DNA of 64,000 bases from IMG/VR virus record IMGVR_UViG_3300020048_000088, positions 1 through 64,000 of that record; one strand, 5' to 3'. Source of the DNA: a virus. Lineage: Duplodnaviria > Caudoviricetes. The position numbers and the translations under genes are program-made. Of this stretch, positions 17,898 to 27,600 are shown one piece after another. The number at the start of each line of letters is the position of its first letter. Within the stretch, counting starts at the first letter, position 1. The notes beneath the pieces were generated by a model. The model searched no databases. It worked only from the letters and a program-made list of their open reading frames with translations, and was not told where the DNA came from.

Positions 17898-20024
17898 TCA
17901 ATCTCCTAAAGTAACGATGTGGTCCGCAACCGTCTCAGAGACGTCCTCGTGCGTAACCAAAATAATCTGGGAGAAGCCAGCTTTCGATAAAAACCCCAAC
18001 ATGTTCCCTGTGCGGTCCCCATCCATGGCAGAGGAAGGCTCATCGAGCACCAAGAAGGGTGATGACGGGAGGAAGGTGCGAACCAGTGCCACGCGGATGG
18101 CCAAGCCCAACGCATCCAGCGTTGAGCCTGACATTGACGACACAGGGTGCCCGTCGATCATGAAGCCGTCCGACGTCTTGGTGACACGGGACTTGACGCC
18201 CCGGATGTCGCTGAAGTAGCTGCTGCTGGCCGCCAGCACCAAGGTCCAGAGCTTGTCTGCCAGCAGGGGGCGGCAGGCCCTGACCTTTTTGAGGAGCGCA
18301 TTGTTGAATTCAAGCTCCACAAGCTGGGTTTGCAGAGTCTGTAGGCGCCCCGAGACACGCGCCAACTCGATCACTGCACGCTCGTGCGCTGCTTTCTGGT
18401 CGGCCAGCGCCCGGGTGTGGGCGTCAAGGGTCGAGCGAGCTTCGTCTGCGGCGGCGCGCGCCGCGCGGGTGGCGCAGCGGGCAGCGTCCAGCGCCGTCTG
18501 GGCAACGTCCAGCAGGACCTCGGGGCACCTGTCCAACGCCCTCTGGCAATCCTCCACAGCCAACTCTGAGGCTATGACGGCCTGGACCGCTTCGTCCCGG
18601 CGCACCACAGCGGTGTTGTAGGCCACAGCGGACGCCTGTAGGGCGCTGATCTGGTCCTTCAGCGAAGCCACGTCTGTCACTTCGCCGACCTTGGGCCCGA
18701 CCCAATTCAGGTACTGCGGCAGCTCTTCACCAACCAGCTCCACATCATCGCCACCGACAGCTGCTGCCTGAATCACGGCACGGTGGGCTTTGTCCACACT
18801 GCGCAGCCCGGCAAGCTCTTCAGCCGACTCCTCAACAGCGACGTAGGTAGCTTTGATGGCTTCCTCAGTCGCTGTGATCTTCGCCGTGGTGTCGGCGTTG
18901 CGCGCTGCCACCTCGGGCACCCCGCTGAAGTCCTTGCCGCAGAAGGTGCAGGTGCCGTGCGTCAGCTTGGCCGCAAGCAGCTTGAGGTCGCTCTTGAGCG
19001 TGGTGAGCGAGTCGCGCAGGGCCTGATCGGAGACCTGCGTCTGCGCCAACTCGGCGGACAGGTCTGCGAGGGTGCCCTCGTAGAAGGGGCCCTTGGGCGG
19101 CGTCATGAAGGCGCTGACCTTGGCGTACACGGCGCTGACCTTGTCGGCGCGCTCGGCATCAGCGATCTGCTTGCGCAGCGCATCTGTCTTCACCTCAAGG
19201 TCCCGAGGCATTTCGGGCACCGCGATGGCGTCTAGCTTTTGCTGGGCGGCGCGCTGCGCCGTCTGGGCGCGGGTCACGTCACGCACGAGGTTGTCGCGGG
19301 TCACAGCCTTCTCGCGCAGTTGGGAGTGGGTCTCCTGCGCGGCAGCTTGGGTCTTCTCAGCGCCGTCGAGCTCCGCCATGGCGTCGGCGAACTCGAACCC
19401 AGCCGCGTCGATGCGCGCCTGGGCAGCTACGCTGTCCACCGGCACCGCCAACTCCTTGGCGCGCGCCAGATCATCAGCGGCAGCGGCAATCGCAGCAGTG
19501 GCGGTCGCCGTGTTGCCCAGCGTGAGCTTCTCCTGCATGATCTCGATCAGCTTGTCGATCTGGTCGAACTCCGACAGACGCTCGATCAGCTCGGTCGTGG
19601 CTTTCGGGCCAGCCTCCAGCGCACCACGGATGGCGGACTGGTTGGCAATGGTCAGCCGCGCAGCTGCGCCGGCGTCCACCTTGAGGAGCCGGGCGACGAA
19701 GTTGGTCACCTCGACTTGGCCTGTGACGGTCTGGTCGGCGTAATCCAATTGGCAGCTGGCTTTGGAGCGGCGGACTTTGTGAGGCACGCCGTCGATGGTG
19801 AAGTCAAGGTCGACGCGCAGGGTGCCGACGGGGGAGCCCCAAGTGACCGTGTCATCCAGGCTGTCGGGGATTGCCTTGGTTCCAAACAGGGCGTAGGCGA
19901 TGGCCAGGAGGATGGTCGACTTGCCAGACTCATTGGCGCCCCGGATGGCGGTGAAGCCAGTGCCGAAGGCGATGGTGAGGTTCTCATGCTGTTTGAAGTT
20001 GGTGAGGGTGATTGAATTGATCAT
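17898..20024 (-). CDS. SbcC/Rad50-like (gp46-like) SMC ATPase
   Basis: N-terminal Walker A GANESGKS, coiled coil with CTFC zinc hook, SMSGS signature and LVLDEP Walker B. Confidence 0.92.
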   Translation of the reverse strand: MINSITLTNFKQHENLTIAFGTGFTAIRGANESGKSTILLAIAYALFGTKAIPDSLDDTVTWGSPVGTLRVDLDFTIDGVPHKVRRSKASCQLDYADQTVTGQVEVTNFVARLLKVDAGAAARLTIANQSAIRGALEAGPKATTELIERLSEFDQIDKLIEIMQEKLTLGNTATATAAIAAAADDLARAKELAVPVDSVAAQARIDAAGFEFADAMAELDGAEKTQAAAQETHSQLREKAVTRDNLVRDVTRAQTAQRAAQQKLDAIAVPEMPRDLEVKTDALRKQIADAERADKVSAVYAKVSAFMTPPKGPFYEGTLADLSAELAQTQVSDQALRDSLTTLKSDLKLLAAKLTHGTCTFCGKDFSGVPEVAARNADTTAKITATEEAIKATYVAVEESAEELAGLRSVDKAHRAVIQAAAVGGDDVELVGEELPQYLNWVGPKVGEVTDVASLKDQISALQASAVAYNTAVVRRDEAVQAVIASELAVEDCQRALDRCPEVLLDVAQTALDAARCATRAARAAADEARSTLDAHTRALADQKAAHERAVIELARVSGRLQTLQTQLVELEFNNALLKKVRACRPLLADKLWTLVLAASSSYFSDIRGVKSRVTKTSDGFMIDGHPVSSMSGSTLDALGLAIRVALVRTFLPSSPFLVLDEPSSAMDGDRTGNMLGFLSKAGFSQIILVTHEDVSETVADHIVTLGD

Positions 20025-20033
20025 GGTGTTCCT

Positions 20034-20315
20034 TCAGGCTGTCAACGCTTTGCGTCGTGTGCTGTCCTTGCTCGGTGGGGGTTCGATCTTCTGCAGCCAG
20101 TACGCCGCGAAGTCGCCCGCGTGGGTGGTGACGTACTCGCCTGAGTCGGTGAGCTGCTTGATGCCCTCGCCGGTGCAGTGCCAGATGACGCCATGCAGGC
20201 TGTGCTCACCCGCCCGCTGACCCACGGTGACGGTCAAGCCGATGTTGGGGCTCTTGTGGCGGCCCAGGCCGGAGACGACCAGGGCTTGGTCGCCGCACTT
20301 GATGGGTTGTTTCAT
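20034..20315 (-). CDS. Hypothetical protein
   Basis: ATGA coupling to thyA; [11 protein letters not shown] motif. Confidence 0.55.
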   Translation of the reverse strand: MKQPIKCGDQALVVSGLGRHKSPNIGLTVTVGQRAGEHSLHGVIWHCTGEGIKQLTDSGEYVTTHAGDFAAYWLQKIEPPPSKDSTRRKALTA

Positions 20316-21118
20316 ACTGCAACCTCCGCCTTGATGGCCGGGTGGTATTGGTAGTTGAGGAAGTCGACGTCGGCAAGCTCGTAGTCGAAGATCGACGGCT
20401 TCTTGCGCAGCTGCAGCGTCGCCAGTGGTTTGGGCTGCCTGCTCAACTGCAGGTTGACTTGGTCGAAGTGGTTCTTGTAGACGTGGCAGTCGCCACCGGT
20501 CCAGATGAACTCGCCAACCGCCAGGTCACACTGCTGGGCGATCATGTGGGTGAGCAGCGAGTAAGACGCGATGTTGAACGGGACGCCCAAGAACATGTCA
20601 GCGCTGCGCTGGTAAAGCTGGCAGCTCAACGCGCCGTCAGCCACGTAGAACTGGAACAGGCAGTGGCAGGGGGCCAGGGCCATCTCGTCAATTTGCCCGA
20701 CGTTCCAGGCGCTGACGATGTGGCGGCGTGACTCCGGGTTCTTTTTGATGCCTTGAATCAGGTCAGAGATTTGATCAATGTGGTTGCCATAAGGGTCTGG
20801 CCAGGCCCGCCACTGGGCGCTGTAGATTGGCCCCAAATCCCCGGTGCGCGGATCAGCCCAGGCGCTCCAGATGCCAACATCCTTGGCGACCAGATCGTTG
20901 TTGTTGGTGCTGCCCGACAGGAACCACAGCAGCTCTTCGACCATGGGCCGGGTGAATACCCGCTTGGTTGTGACCAGCGGGAATCCGTCGTTGAGGTGCC
21001 AGCGCATCTGCAGGCCGAACAGGCCCCGGGTGCCGGTACCTGTGCGGTCGCCGCGGTCAGTACCCTGCTGCATGATCTTGAGCAGGGTGCCTTCGTAGGT
21101 GTGGTCGGTTTGTGTCAT
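20312..21118 (-). CDS. thyA: Thymidylate synthase
   Basis: DRTGTGT, PCH and [18 protein letters not shown] motifs; the true start MTQTDH overlaps the upstream stop. Confidence 0.97.
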   Translation of the reverse strand: MTQTDHTYEGTLLKIMQQGTDRGDRTGTGTRGLFGLQMRWHLNDGFPLVTTKRVFTRPMVEELLWFLSGSTNNNDLVAKDVGIWSAWADPRTGDLGPIYSAQWRAWPDPYGNHIDQISDLIQGIKKNPESRRHIVSAWNVGQIDEMALAPCHCLFQFYVADGALSCQLYQRSADMFLGVPFNIASYSLLTHMIAQQCDLAVGEFIWTGGDCHVYKNHFDQVNLQLSRQPKPLATLQLRKKPSIFDYELADVDFLNYQYHPAIKAEVAV

Positions 21119-21339
21119 TGGGTTACTTTCAGGATGAGGACTTCGTAATCGAAGTCGTAGTCGGCGGTGAGGGTCGCTTGGCACACAGGGCAGTCTGCGT
21201 GGGCCAGGACGGGTGCATTTGTCACAAGTTCCTCGAGCCTGCGGCACAGCTCACTGATGACCGGGCTCTGCCCGCGAACCTCGTCGAGCTCGATGAGCAG
21301 TTCCCGGTCCGTCACGTTGCGCATCTGGGTGGCGTTCAT
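21115..21339 (-). CDS. Hypothetical protein (CxxC)
   Basis: Coupled at both ends; CPVC. Confidence 0.55.
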   Translation of the reverse strand: MNATQMRNVTDRELLIELDEVRGQSPVISELCRRLEELVTNAPVLAHADCPVCQATLTADYDFDYEVLILKVTQ

Positions 21340-22421
21340 GAGCAGGCCATCAGTTTGCGAACTGCGTCCTGTTGTTCTGGGTCCAGCTGCTCCAAGAGCA
21401 GTTCCAAAACCGACACGTTGCGGATGTCAGCGATCGATGCGGCAATGTCTTCCAGGCTTTCGGCCTGCTCAACCTTGACGGCGTTGGTGACCACGAAGGA
21501 CTTGCTGCGCTGGCGGAACGCCGAGATCGCCTTGATCACGTCGGCAGCCTCCGCCTCGGTGGCGTCGCCCTCAACACGGACGAAGCCCCGGCCCTCCTCC
21601 TCGACATCCTTCAGCTCACGCCAATCAATTTTGGCGAACCAGCCGTCGGCGTCGTCCGGGGTCCAGGTGGGGACGAAGCGGTGAGTGCCGTCTTCGATGA
21701 TCAGCGCGCGCTTGGTGCCGTCCTTCTGCCCGTCACCGTGGGAGAGGCAGTCAGCCACCGAGGTCGGGAAGGGATTCCCGACGACCACAACCTTGCCCTT
21801 CATGATCTCGCGCCCCTGATGCTCATGGCCCAGGACGATGGTGATGCCGCGCGCTGTCAGCGCCTTGGCGGTCGCCCGGTCAAGGTTCAGCGAGTGCTCA
21901 GCGTCGGCCGCGAACTTGTTGTCCAGATTGCTGTGCAGCAGCAGGTACAGGGTGCCCTCGGGGACCCGGCTCAACTCCAGATCAAACACGTCCTGGTTGG
22001 TGACGTGCGGGATGACGTAGATGCGGCCACTGAGGGCTTGGGGCTTCGTGACCAGGGAGAAGCGCGCCTGGGAGTACTTCAGGGTCAGCAGCGCCCCAAT
22101 GAACTCGACGGTACCGAGCCGGCTCGAGTCCTTGCTCAGGTCGTGGTTGCCGCAGGCAACAACAAGATTCCTGTTGGAGCCTTGTTGAAGCCACTGGTCC
22201 AGCGCCCCGTAAATCTCCAGTGCCTCCGACAGCGGCAGGTTGTACTGGTCGGCCAGATCGCCGTTGATGACAACCGTGTCGCAGCCCTCGGCCACAGCCG
22301 TGTTGAGCAGCCTGCTGAACTGCTGGTGGGCGTAATCTCTCAGCGCCGCTGCGCTCTCTGCGGTGGTGCCACCCATGCGGCTGACGCCGAGGTGGGTGTC
22401 TGACGTAACGAATATTTTCAT
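21336..22421 (-). CDS. SbcD/Mre11-like metallophosphoesterase nuclease (gp47-like)
   Basis: SDTHLG, GDLAD, GNHD and GHEH motifs; partner of the Rad50-like gene. Confidence 0.92.
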   Translation of the reverse strand: MKIFVTSDTHLGVSRMGGTTAESAAALRDYAHQQFSRLLNTAVAEGCDTVVINGDLADQYNLPLSEALEIYGALDQWLQQGSNRNLVVACGNHDLSKDSSRLGTVEFIGALLTLKYSQARFSLVTKPQALSGRIYVIPHVTNQDVFDLELSRVPEGTLYLLLHSNLDNKFAADAEHSLNLDRATAKALTARGITIVLGHEHQGREIMKGKVVVVGNPFPTSVADCLSHGDGQKDGTKRALIIEDGTHRFVPTWTPDDADGWFAKIDWRELKDVEEEGRGFVRVEGDATEAEAADVIKAISAFRQRSKSFVVTNAVKVEQAESLEDIAASIADIRNVSVLELLLEQLDPEQQDAVRKLMACS

Positions 22422-22588
22422 CTCTTCTCCTTCTTGGCCTTCTCGGCAAGCTCGACGAGCTCTGATCGGGGCCGTTTACGAATTTCCTGACAGTCCGCGC
22501 ACTGCGCTCGGGGGCTGCCAGACGGGTGGGGGATAAGGCGAAACCCCTCTCGGGGCTTGTCTCTTCGGCAGTACTGACAGAACTTCAC
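22418..22588 (-). CDS. 56-aa Zn-finger protein
   Basis: Not in the ORF track. VKFCQYCRRDK...CADCQ; GTGA and ATGA overlaps on both sides. Confidence 0.6.
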   Translation of the reverse strand: MKFCQYCRRDKPREGFRLIPHPSGSPRAQCADCQEIRKRPRSELVELAEKAKKEKR

Positions 22589-23082
22589 TGGAACACCCCC
22601 GGGTAGACCTCCGCCATGGCGGTGGCCAAGTCAGCGTAGGTCGGCACCAGAGTCAGGTTCCATGAGCCCTTGTCACCAGTGTTGGCAAGGTAGTCGGAGT
22701 CGACGACACGCCAGACCTTCAGGGTCGAGTGGTGGATCGCCACCAGGCAGACGCCGCCACACTTGGCGCGCTTGCGCAGCCGTGCAAGCTGTGGCACCTT
22801 GTCGCGGCCCAGTCTGTACTCATGCTCGGTCTCCTTGACCTCAATCAGGCCGTGCATCGTCAAGTCCTCTATAGGCTTGGACCAGTCGTCTTTTTGAGGG
22901 ACTGCGCAGAAGTACTCGAAGTCAGCGGCTGCCGCCTTGATGATCCGGCCGGCCGCTTTAGAGTCGGTGAGCCGGTTGGCCTCCCTGGTGGGGCCCGACC
23001 ACTCGGACAGGTACTTGGCCATCGCGTCTTCGGACTTCTTGCCTCGGTTGGCGAAGGTGTTCTTGACTTTGAAGGTGGTCAT
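22585..23082 (-). CDS. RecU-like Holliday junction resolvase (PD-(D/E)xK)
   Basis: NRGK.SE, ADF and IEVKET motifs. Confidence 0.7.
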   Translation of the reverse strand: MTTFKVKNTFANRGKKSEDAMAKYLSEWSGPTREANRLTDSKAAGRIIKAAAADFEYFCAVPQKDDWSKPIEDLTMHGLIEVKETEHEYRLGRDKVPQLARLRKRAKCGGVCLVAIHHSTLKVWRVVDSDYLANTGDKGSWNLTLVPTYADLATAMAEVYPGVFQ

Positions 23083-23600
23083 GCTGCCTCCCCGTGGGAG
23101 GTGATGGCCGCGTGAGCGTGCTCGACTCGGTGGCAGTTGGGGCAAAGCACGATGGCGTTTGCCAAAGTGTGTAGGCCGCCTTGCGACTTTCGCTCTTTGT
23201 GGTGGACATCACACTTAGCCTTGTCCCATCCACAAACCTGGCATGCGTTGCCGAATGCTCGGATAGCCGCCTTGGCCCACGCGTGGCGCGTCTTGTAGCA
23301 ATGCTCACCGTCGTGAATTGCGTAACTCTTACCATCGTTCCAGGCGCCGCCCTCGACTTTTTTGGCTTGGGCGGCGGTCTTGTTCATGCACCCGCAGGAC
23401 TGCACGGGTGATTTGCGGGTAAGGCTGTTGGAAGCGATGTTTTTGTTTTTACCGCAGTCGCATAGGCAAGACCACAGGATGTGGTCGTCGTCGGCGCGAC
23501 CGGCTGTCGCAACCACCAGCAGTCGCCCAAAGCGTTGGCCCGTCAGGTCGACTTTTGGGCGACCAACCCTGCGGGCTTCGACTCGTACGGCGGCCGTCAT
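23079..23600 (-). CDS. HNH endonuclease with N-terminal CxC/SCGC domain
   Basis: DLTGQRFGRL...CLCDCG...SCGC, then CQVC...DVHH...GG.....N...LCPNCH..EH. Confidence 0.85.
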   Translation of the reverse strand: MTAAVRVEARRVGRPKVDLTGQRFGRLLVVATAGRADDDHILWSCLCDCGKNKNIASNSLTRKSPVQSCGCMNKTAAQAKKVEGGAWNDGKSYAIHDGEHCYKTRHAWAKAAIRAFGNACQVCGWDKAKCDVHHKERKSQGGLHTLANAIVLCPNCHRVEHAHAAITSHGEAA

Positions 23601-23815
23601 GTTCGCGCTCCAGCGAGCGAGAACGCTTTTGCAGCTTCCCGGGTGGCGCAGCCGCAGGAGCGGGACTGTCCGGAGGCCATGGCCGCCTGCAGCACTTCAC
23701 GCTTGGTGCCGCAGGCGCACTGGCAGCGCCACTTGGCGGGCTTGACGTCAGGGATTTTCTCGATGAGGGCCCAGCGCCCGTACCGGCAGCCCGGCTCAGG
23801 TTTGAGTGTCTTCAT
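23597..23815 (-). CDS. Stand-alone CxC/SCGC domain (HNH N-domain remnant)
   Basis: YGRW...WRCQCACG......SGQSRSCGC without a nuclease domain. Confidence 0.6.
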   Translation of the reverse strand: MKTLKPEPGCRYGRWALIEKIPDVKPAKWRCQCACGTKREVLQAAMASGQSRSCGCATREAAKAFSLAGART

Positions 23816-24552
23816 AGAGCCTCCACTCGGAGGATTTCGCGCCCGATGGCTTCGGGGATTTGCGGCACCACCGCATTGCCAATCTGGTGCAGTCGTTGGC
23901 CCCAGCTGCTCATACGTCCGTCCATCCGTGAGGCATTCCCATAAGCCGTTCGGCGAACATCGGGCTCAACTTCCCACTGTCCGTCACGATCGCGGAGAGG
24001 TAGAAATGGGAAAGCCAGTGACTGTGGCTCTTGGAACCCCTTGGGCCACAGCCCTTGAATTCGCTCGCGCGAACGGTGGGCAACGACCCAGACCCTGTCC
24101 CTTTGATGCTCGGCACCAAGGGCGCTTGCGGGAATGCAATCCCATCGAGCATGGTACCGGAGCGCAGCGAGGCCCCCGAGGACTTCTTCCAGTCCGCGAG
24201 AGCGAAGGGCTGACACGTTTTCGATGATGACCCACGACGGCGAGCACTGCTCGATGAGTCGGAGGTATTCAAACCAGAGACCGGAGCGGCCGCCAGTGAT
24301 TCCTGCGCCGGCACCAGCAAGGCTGATGTCTTGGCAGGGGAAGCCGCCGCAGATGACGTCGGGATTGAATCCGAGGTGCTCTGGGATGAGCGTGGTGATG
24401 TCCTCGTGGATTGGGACTGTGGGGAAGTGCTTGTTGAGCACTGGGTGGCAGGTTCTGTCGATTTCGCAGAATGCCCGGGTTGAGAACCCCCCAGCTCGGG
24501 ATAACCCAAGGGAGAAGTTCCCGACCCCTGAGAACAGGTCGAGTACATGCAT
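23812..24552 (-). CDS. DNA (cytosine-5)-methyltransferase, large (alpha) polypeptide
   Basis: Motif I LDLFSG.G, IV GFPCQDIS, VI ENV, VIII HQRDRVW and X IGNAVVP; motif IX is absent in this frame. Confidence 0.92.
   Translation of the reverse strand: MHVLDLFSGVGNFSLGLSRAGGFSTRAFCEIDRTCHPVLNKHFPTVPIHEDITTLIPEHLGFNPDVICGGFPCQDISLAGAGAGITGGRSGLWFEYLRLIEQCSPSWVIIENVSALRSRGLEEVLGGLAALRYHARWDCIPASALGAEHQRDRVWVVAHRSRERIQGLWPKGFQEPQSLAFPFLPLRDRDGQWEVEPDVRRTAYGNASRMDGRMSSWGQRLHQIGNAVVPQIPEAIGREILRVEAL
23910..24548 (-). CDS. Overlapping-frame putative beta polypeptide of the C5 methyltransferase (carries motif IX); start uncertain
   Basis: The alternative frame is open for more than 200 codons inside the MTase gene and ends SLPT...LSPMFAERLMGMPHGWTDV. 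Confidence 0.7.
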   Translation of the reverse strand: MYSTCSQGSGTSPLGYPELGGSQPGHSAKSTEPATQCSTSTSPQSQSTRTSPRSSQSTSDSIPTSSAAASPAKTSALLVPAQESLAAAPVSGLNTSDSSSSARRRGSSSKTCQPFALADWKKSSGASLRSGTMLDGIAFPQAPLVPSIKGTGSGSLPTVRASEFKGCGPRGSKSHSHWLSHFYLSAIVTDSGKLSPMFAERLMGMPHGWTDV

Positions 24553-24642
24553 TGCTTTCTTCTTATTGTTATTGAATGCAGAAACAACAACAGCGCGGGT
24601 GCTCTGTGGCACTCCGTCGCTGTCGTTGGCCTTATTATGCTA

Positions 24643-27600
24643 CTAATTGCCGAAGATTTCTTGAAGGGCCTCCTTGATCTTTGTTTCGTCGAACTTCTCG
24701 CCAATCTCAATCAGGTCACCGAAGTTTTTTCCGATGTCGATGGATGACACGATTGGAATCTTCACCCCGGCAAACGGCTGTGTCATGCAGGCGTGAAACT
24801 CACGGGTGAACTCCAGAGCGTGGTCTTTGTGCACCGAAGCTACACACTCGTCGTGGACAGGGAATAGGAACCTCGCGTCGTACTTGCCACCCGCGAACAG
24901 ACCCTTGCGCCACATCGACGACATGGCCAGCAGCGACTGGCAGGCTGCCGACCCCTGGATGGCGTAGTTGGAAGCCTGCCGCGCGGCCTTGGCCGCTTCC
25001 CACTTGTTTTCTGACATCATCGCCTGGGCAAGGTGCCGGCGCATGCCCGTCAGGTCCAGGGCGTAGCCTTGCTTCGCTGCAAGTTCTTCGAACTCTGCCT
25101 TCCACGCCTCGATCCGAGGGAACGCCTTGTCCTTGGCGTCCAGGAACTGCTGGGCTGTCGCATCATCAACGAAAAGCTGCTGGGCGATCTTGGGGGCCTG
25201 GGCGCCGAACTGGCTGGCGAACACCACTGTCTTGGCCTGCCCTCGCAGCGCCTTGGCACGCTTCTTGACCTCAGGGTCTGGTGAGTTCATCATCTCCATG
25301 AACTGCTCGTAGGTTACTGTCTCGCCCCACAGGTAGATTGCCGCCTGCACGGCGGTCAGGCTGTGCACATCCAGAAGCCTGTCCCCCACGTAGCAGGCTG
25401 TCAGCGCCTCGTCTCCACACTGCTCGGCCATCCCGCGCAGTTCCTGCCCGCTGAAGTCACAGGACACGATGACAGCGTCTTTGTGGTGCGGGCGGATGAT
25501 CGTGCGAAACTTGGCGCCGTCGCCCTTCGAGGGGAGCTGCTGGACGTTGGGGTTAGAGGACGAGTAGCGACGGGTCGCCGCTTCCGCCTGATTCAGAGAG
25601 CTGTGGACCCTGCCATCCCGCCAGTGCGGCACAGCCTTCCAGGTCTTGTAGAACAGGTTGCGTCGCGTGGTCACTTCCTTGATGGAGGTGTAAGCCTCCA
25701 GCACCTGCCGCTGCTTGCCGGTGGGGTTGTCGAAGTGCAGCGAGGTCTCCACCGCGCTGTCGTCTGTGGACGCCTTGGAGATGAGCGCCTCGCGCTCCTC
25801 CCCTGTGTACTCGACTTCCTTTCCGTCCTTGGCTTGGCGCATCTTCTTGAAGGCAGACTTGAACACCGCAAGCTCGCGCTGCTTCTCGGTCAGCGGGTTG
25901 AAGATGCGCGGGGTCATGCCCATCACGTTGTAGAACAGGTGTTGCAGCTGCTTGGGCGAACCGAAATTGAGCTTGGGTTCTCCGGTGAAGCTCTGCTTGA
26001 GAAGCCCGTTGAGCGCCTCCACATCGTTGCGTTCCACGATGGTGGCCAGCAGGTCGGCGCGCTCATTGTCGGGGAACTGCTCACGGATGTCGAAAGCGAT
26101 CCCGATCAGCTTGCGCTTCTTGGTGCTGAAATCACCATCCAGCAGCAGGGGCAGGGCCAGCTTCACGTCGCTGGGCTCGATGTCGCCCTCGAACTCGGGG
26201 CAGGCTGTGCCCTCCCAACCCTTCTCCATCAGGAACTCTCTGAGCACCCGCCACGCGCTGTCGTACCGGGCGTCGTCCTCGCGCTCCATCTCGGCAAGCT
26301 CGGGCAGACCTACCTCGCAGCCTTGCACAAAGGCCAACGACGTCAGGTACTCCGGCAGCTGGTGGACTTCAAGGTATGCGTCCCAGGTGTGTTCGAGCTC
26401 CATCACGAACTGGTAGTGGGAGTGCAGGGCGGCGGTGCAGATGGTGTCGTCTGCGCCGTAGCTCAGAACCTCTTTACCTGTCAGCTCGCGCATCTTGTAC
26501 TGGCGGGTTTCCCACATCTCGATCGTTGGTGGGGTCACCAGCTCCTGCGTGATCTGCTCGGACTTGCTTTGGTGAATCTCGCCGTTGTCGTCGACCCACT
26601 CGTCATCGATCTCGATGATGACTTCTTTGTAGACTGCGGGCACGACTTCCTTCTTGAACTCCTTGAGCTTCTGACCGCCGGCGAGGGTGCCCAGAGGGCC
26701 CGACCTGCAGGTTGTCTGCTCATAGGTTTCCTGGGTGTAGCCAAGGTGGTGCAGGCTGCGCGCCTTCAGGCCCTTGGGCAGGTTCTCGTCCACCACCGAG
26801 GCACCAACCTTGGTGTCAAGGGCGTTGGGGACCATGCCGTGCCAGCCGTTGTCCAGCCACTTGTCGCCCCAGGTGCGGTACAGCACCGAGAATTCAAACT
26901 GGCGGTTCTGGATGATGGTGTGCAGGCTCTGAGGGATCAGCTCCACCATCGCACGGCACTGGTCGACCGTGATGTTGTCGGTGTCCTTGTGGTCCACCGA
27001 CATGTAGAACGTGTGCTGGGTGTTGGCGCCGAAGGTGAGCGACATGCCTGTCAGCTCGTGACCCAGCACGTCGATCTTGTTGCCCTTCGTCTTTTCGGAA
27101 ATGGCGTTGACCCGCTCGATCCACTCGTCGGAGTCTTCCGAGGATGAGGTCTCAATGTCCAGCGCCACGAAGGGTGACTCAATGACCCGTTGCTGGAACG
27201 CGTTGAATACGCGCTCGTAGTTGGCGGCCGTCACCAGCGTCTTGGTGCCGTAAGAGCTGCGCAGGTCGTGCACCCGCATCTCGTCAGGCAGTTCGTCCCA
27301 CTGCGCCACCATGCCGGCACGCAGGTCCCAGGGTTTGCGCATGGTGTTGACCTGGTCGACCATCAACCCGGCCACACGCCAACTGGTGGCGACCATGTCC
27401 TTGGCGTCGATGATCTTCTGGAGGGGTTTGAAGTCGGCGACGTCCTCGGCAAGTCTCGCGATCTGGCTGTTCTCGATCAGCTCCATCATCATGTCCAGCC
27501 CGTCAAGTCCGAAGGTGCGAACCAGGTCGACCCAGGCGGCGTCACCGAAGCCCTTGGCGCCGGGAATCTTGTCGCTGGTATCACCCACCAGAGACTTGTA

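Noticed and set aside
20312-21118. ThyA as a dCMP/dUMP hydroxymethylase for modified DNA
   Set aside because: It keeps the canonical PCH and the dUMP-specifying Asn in VPFNIASY, and resembles ordinary bacterial ThyA throughout.
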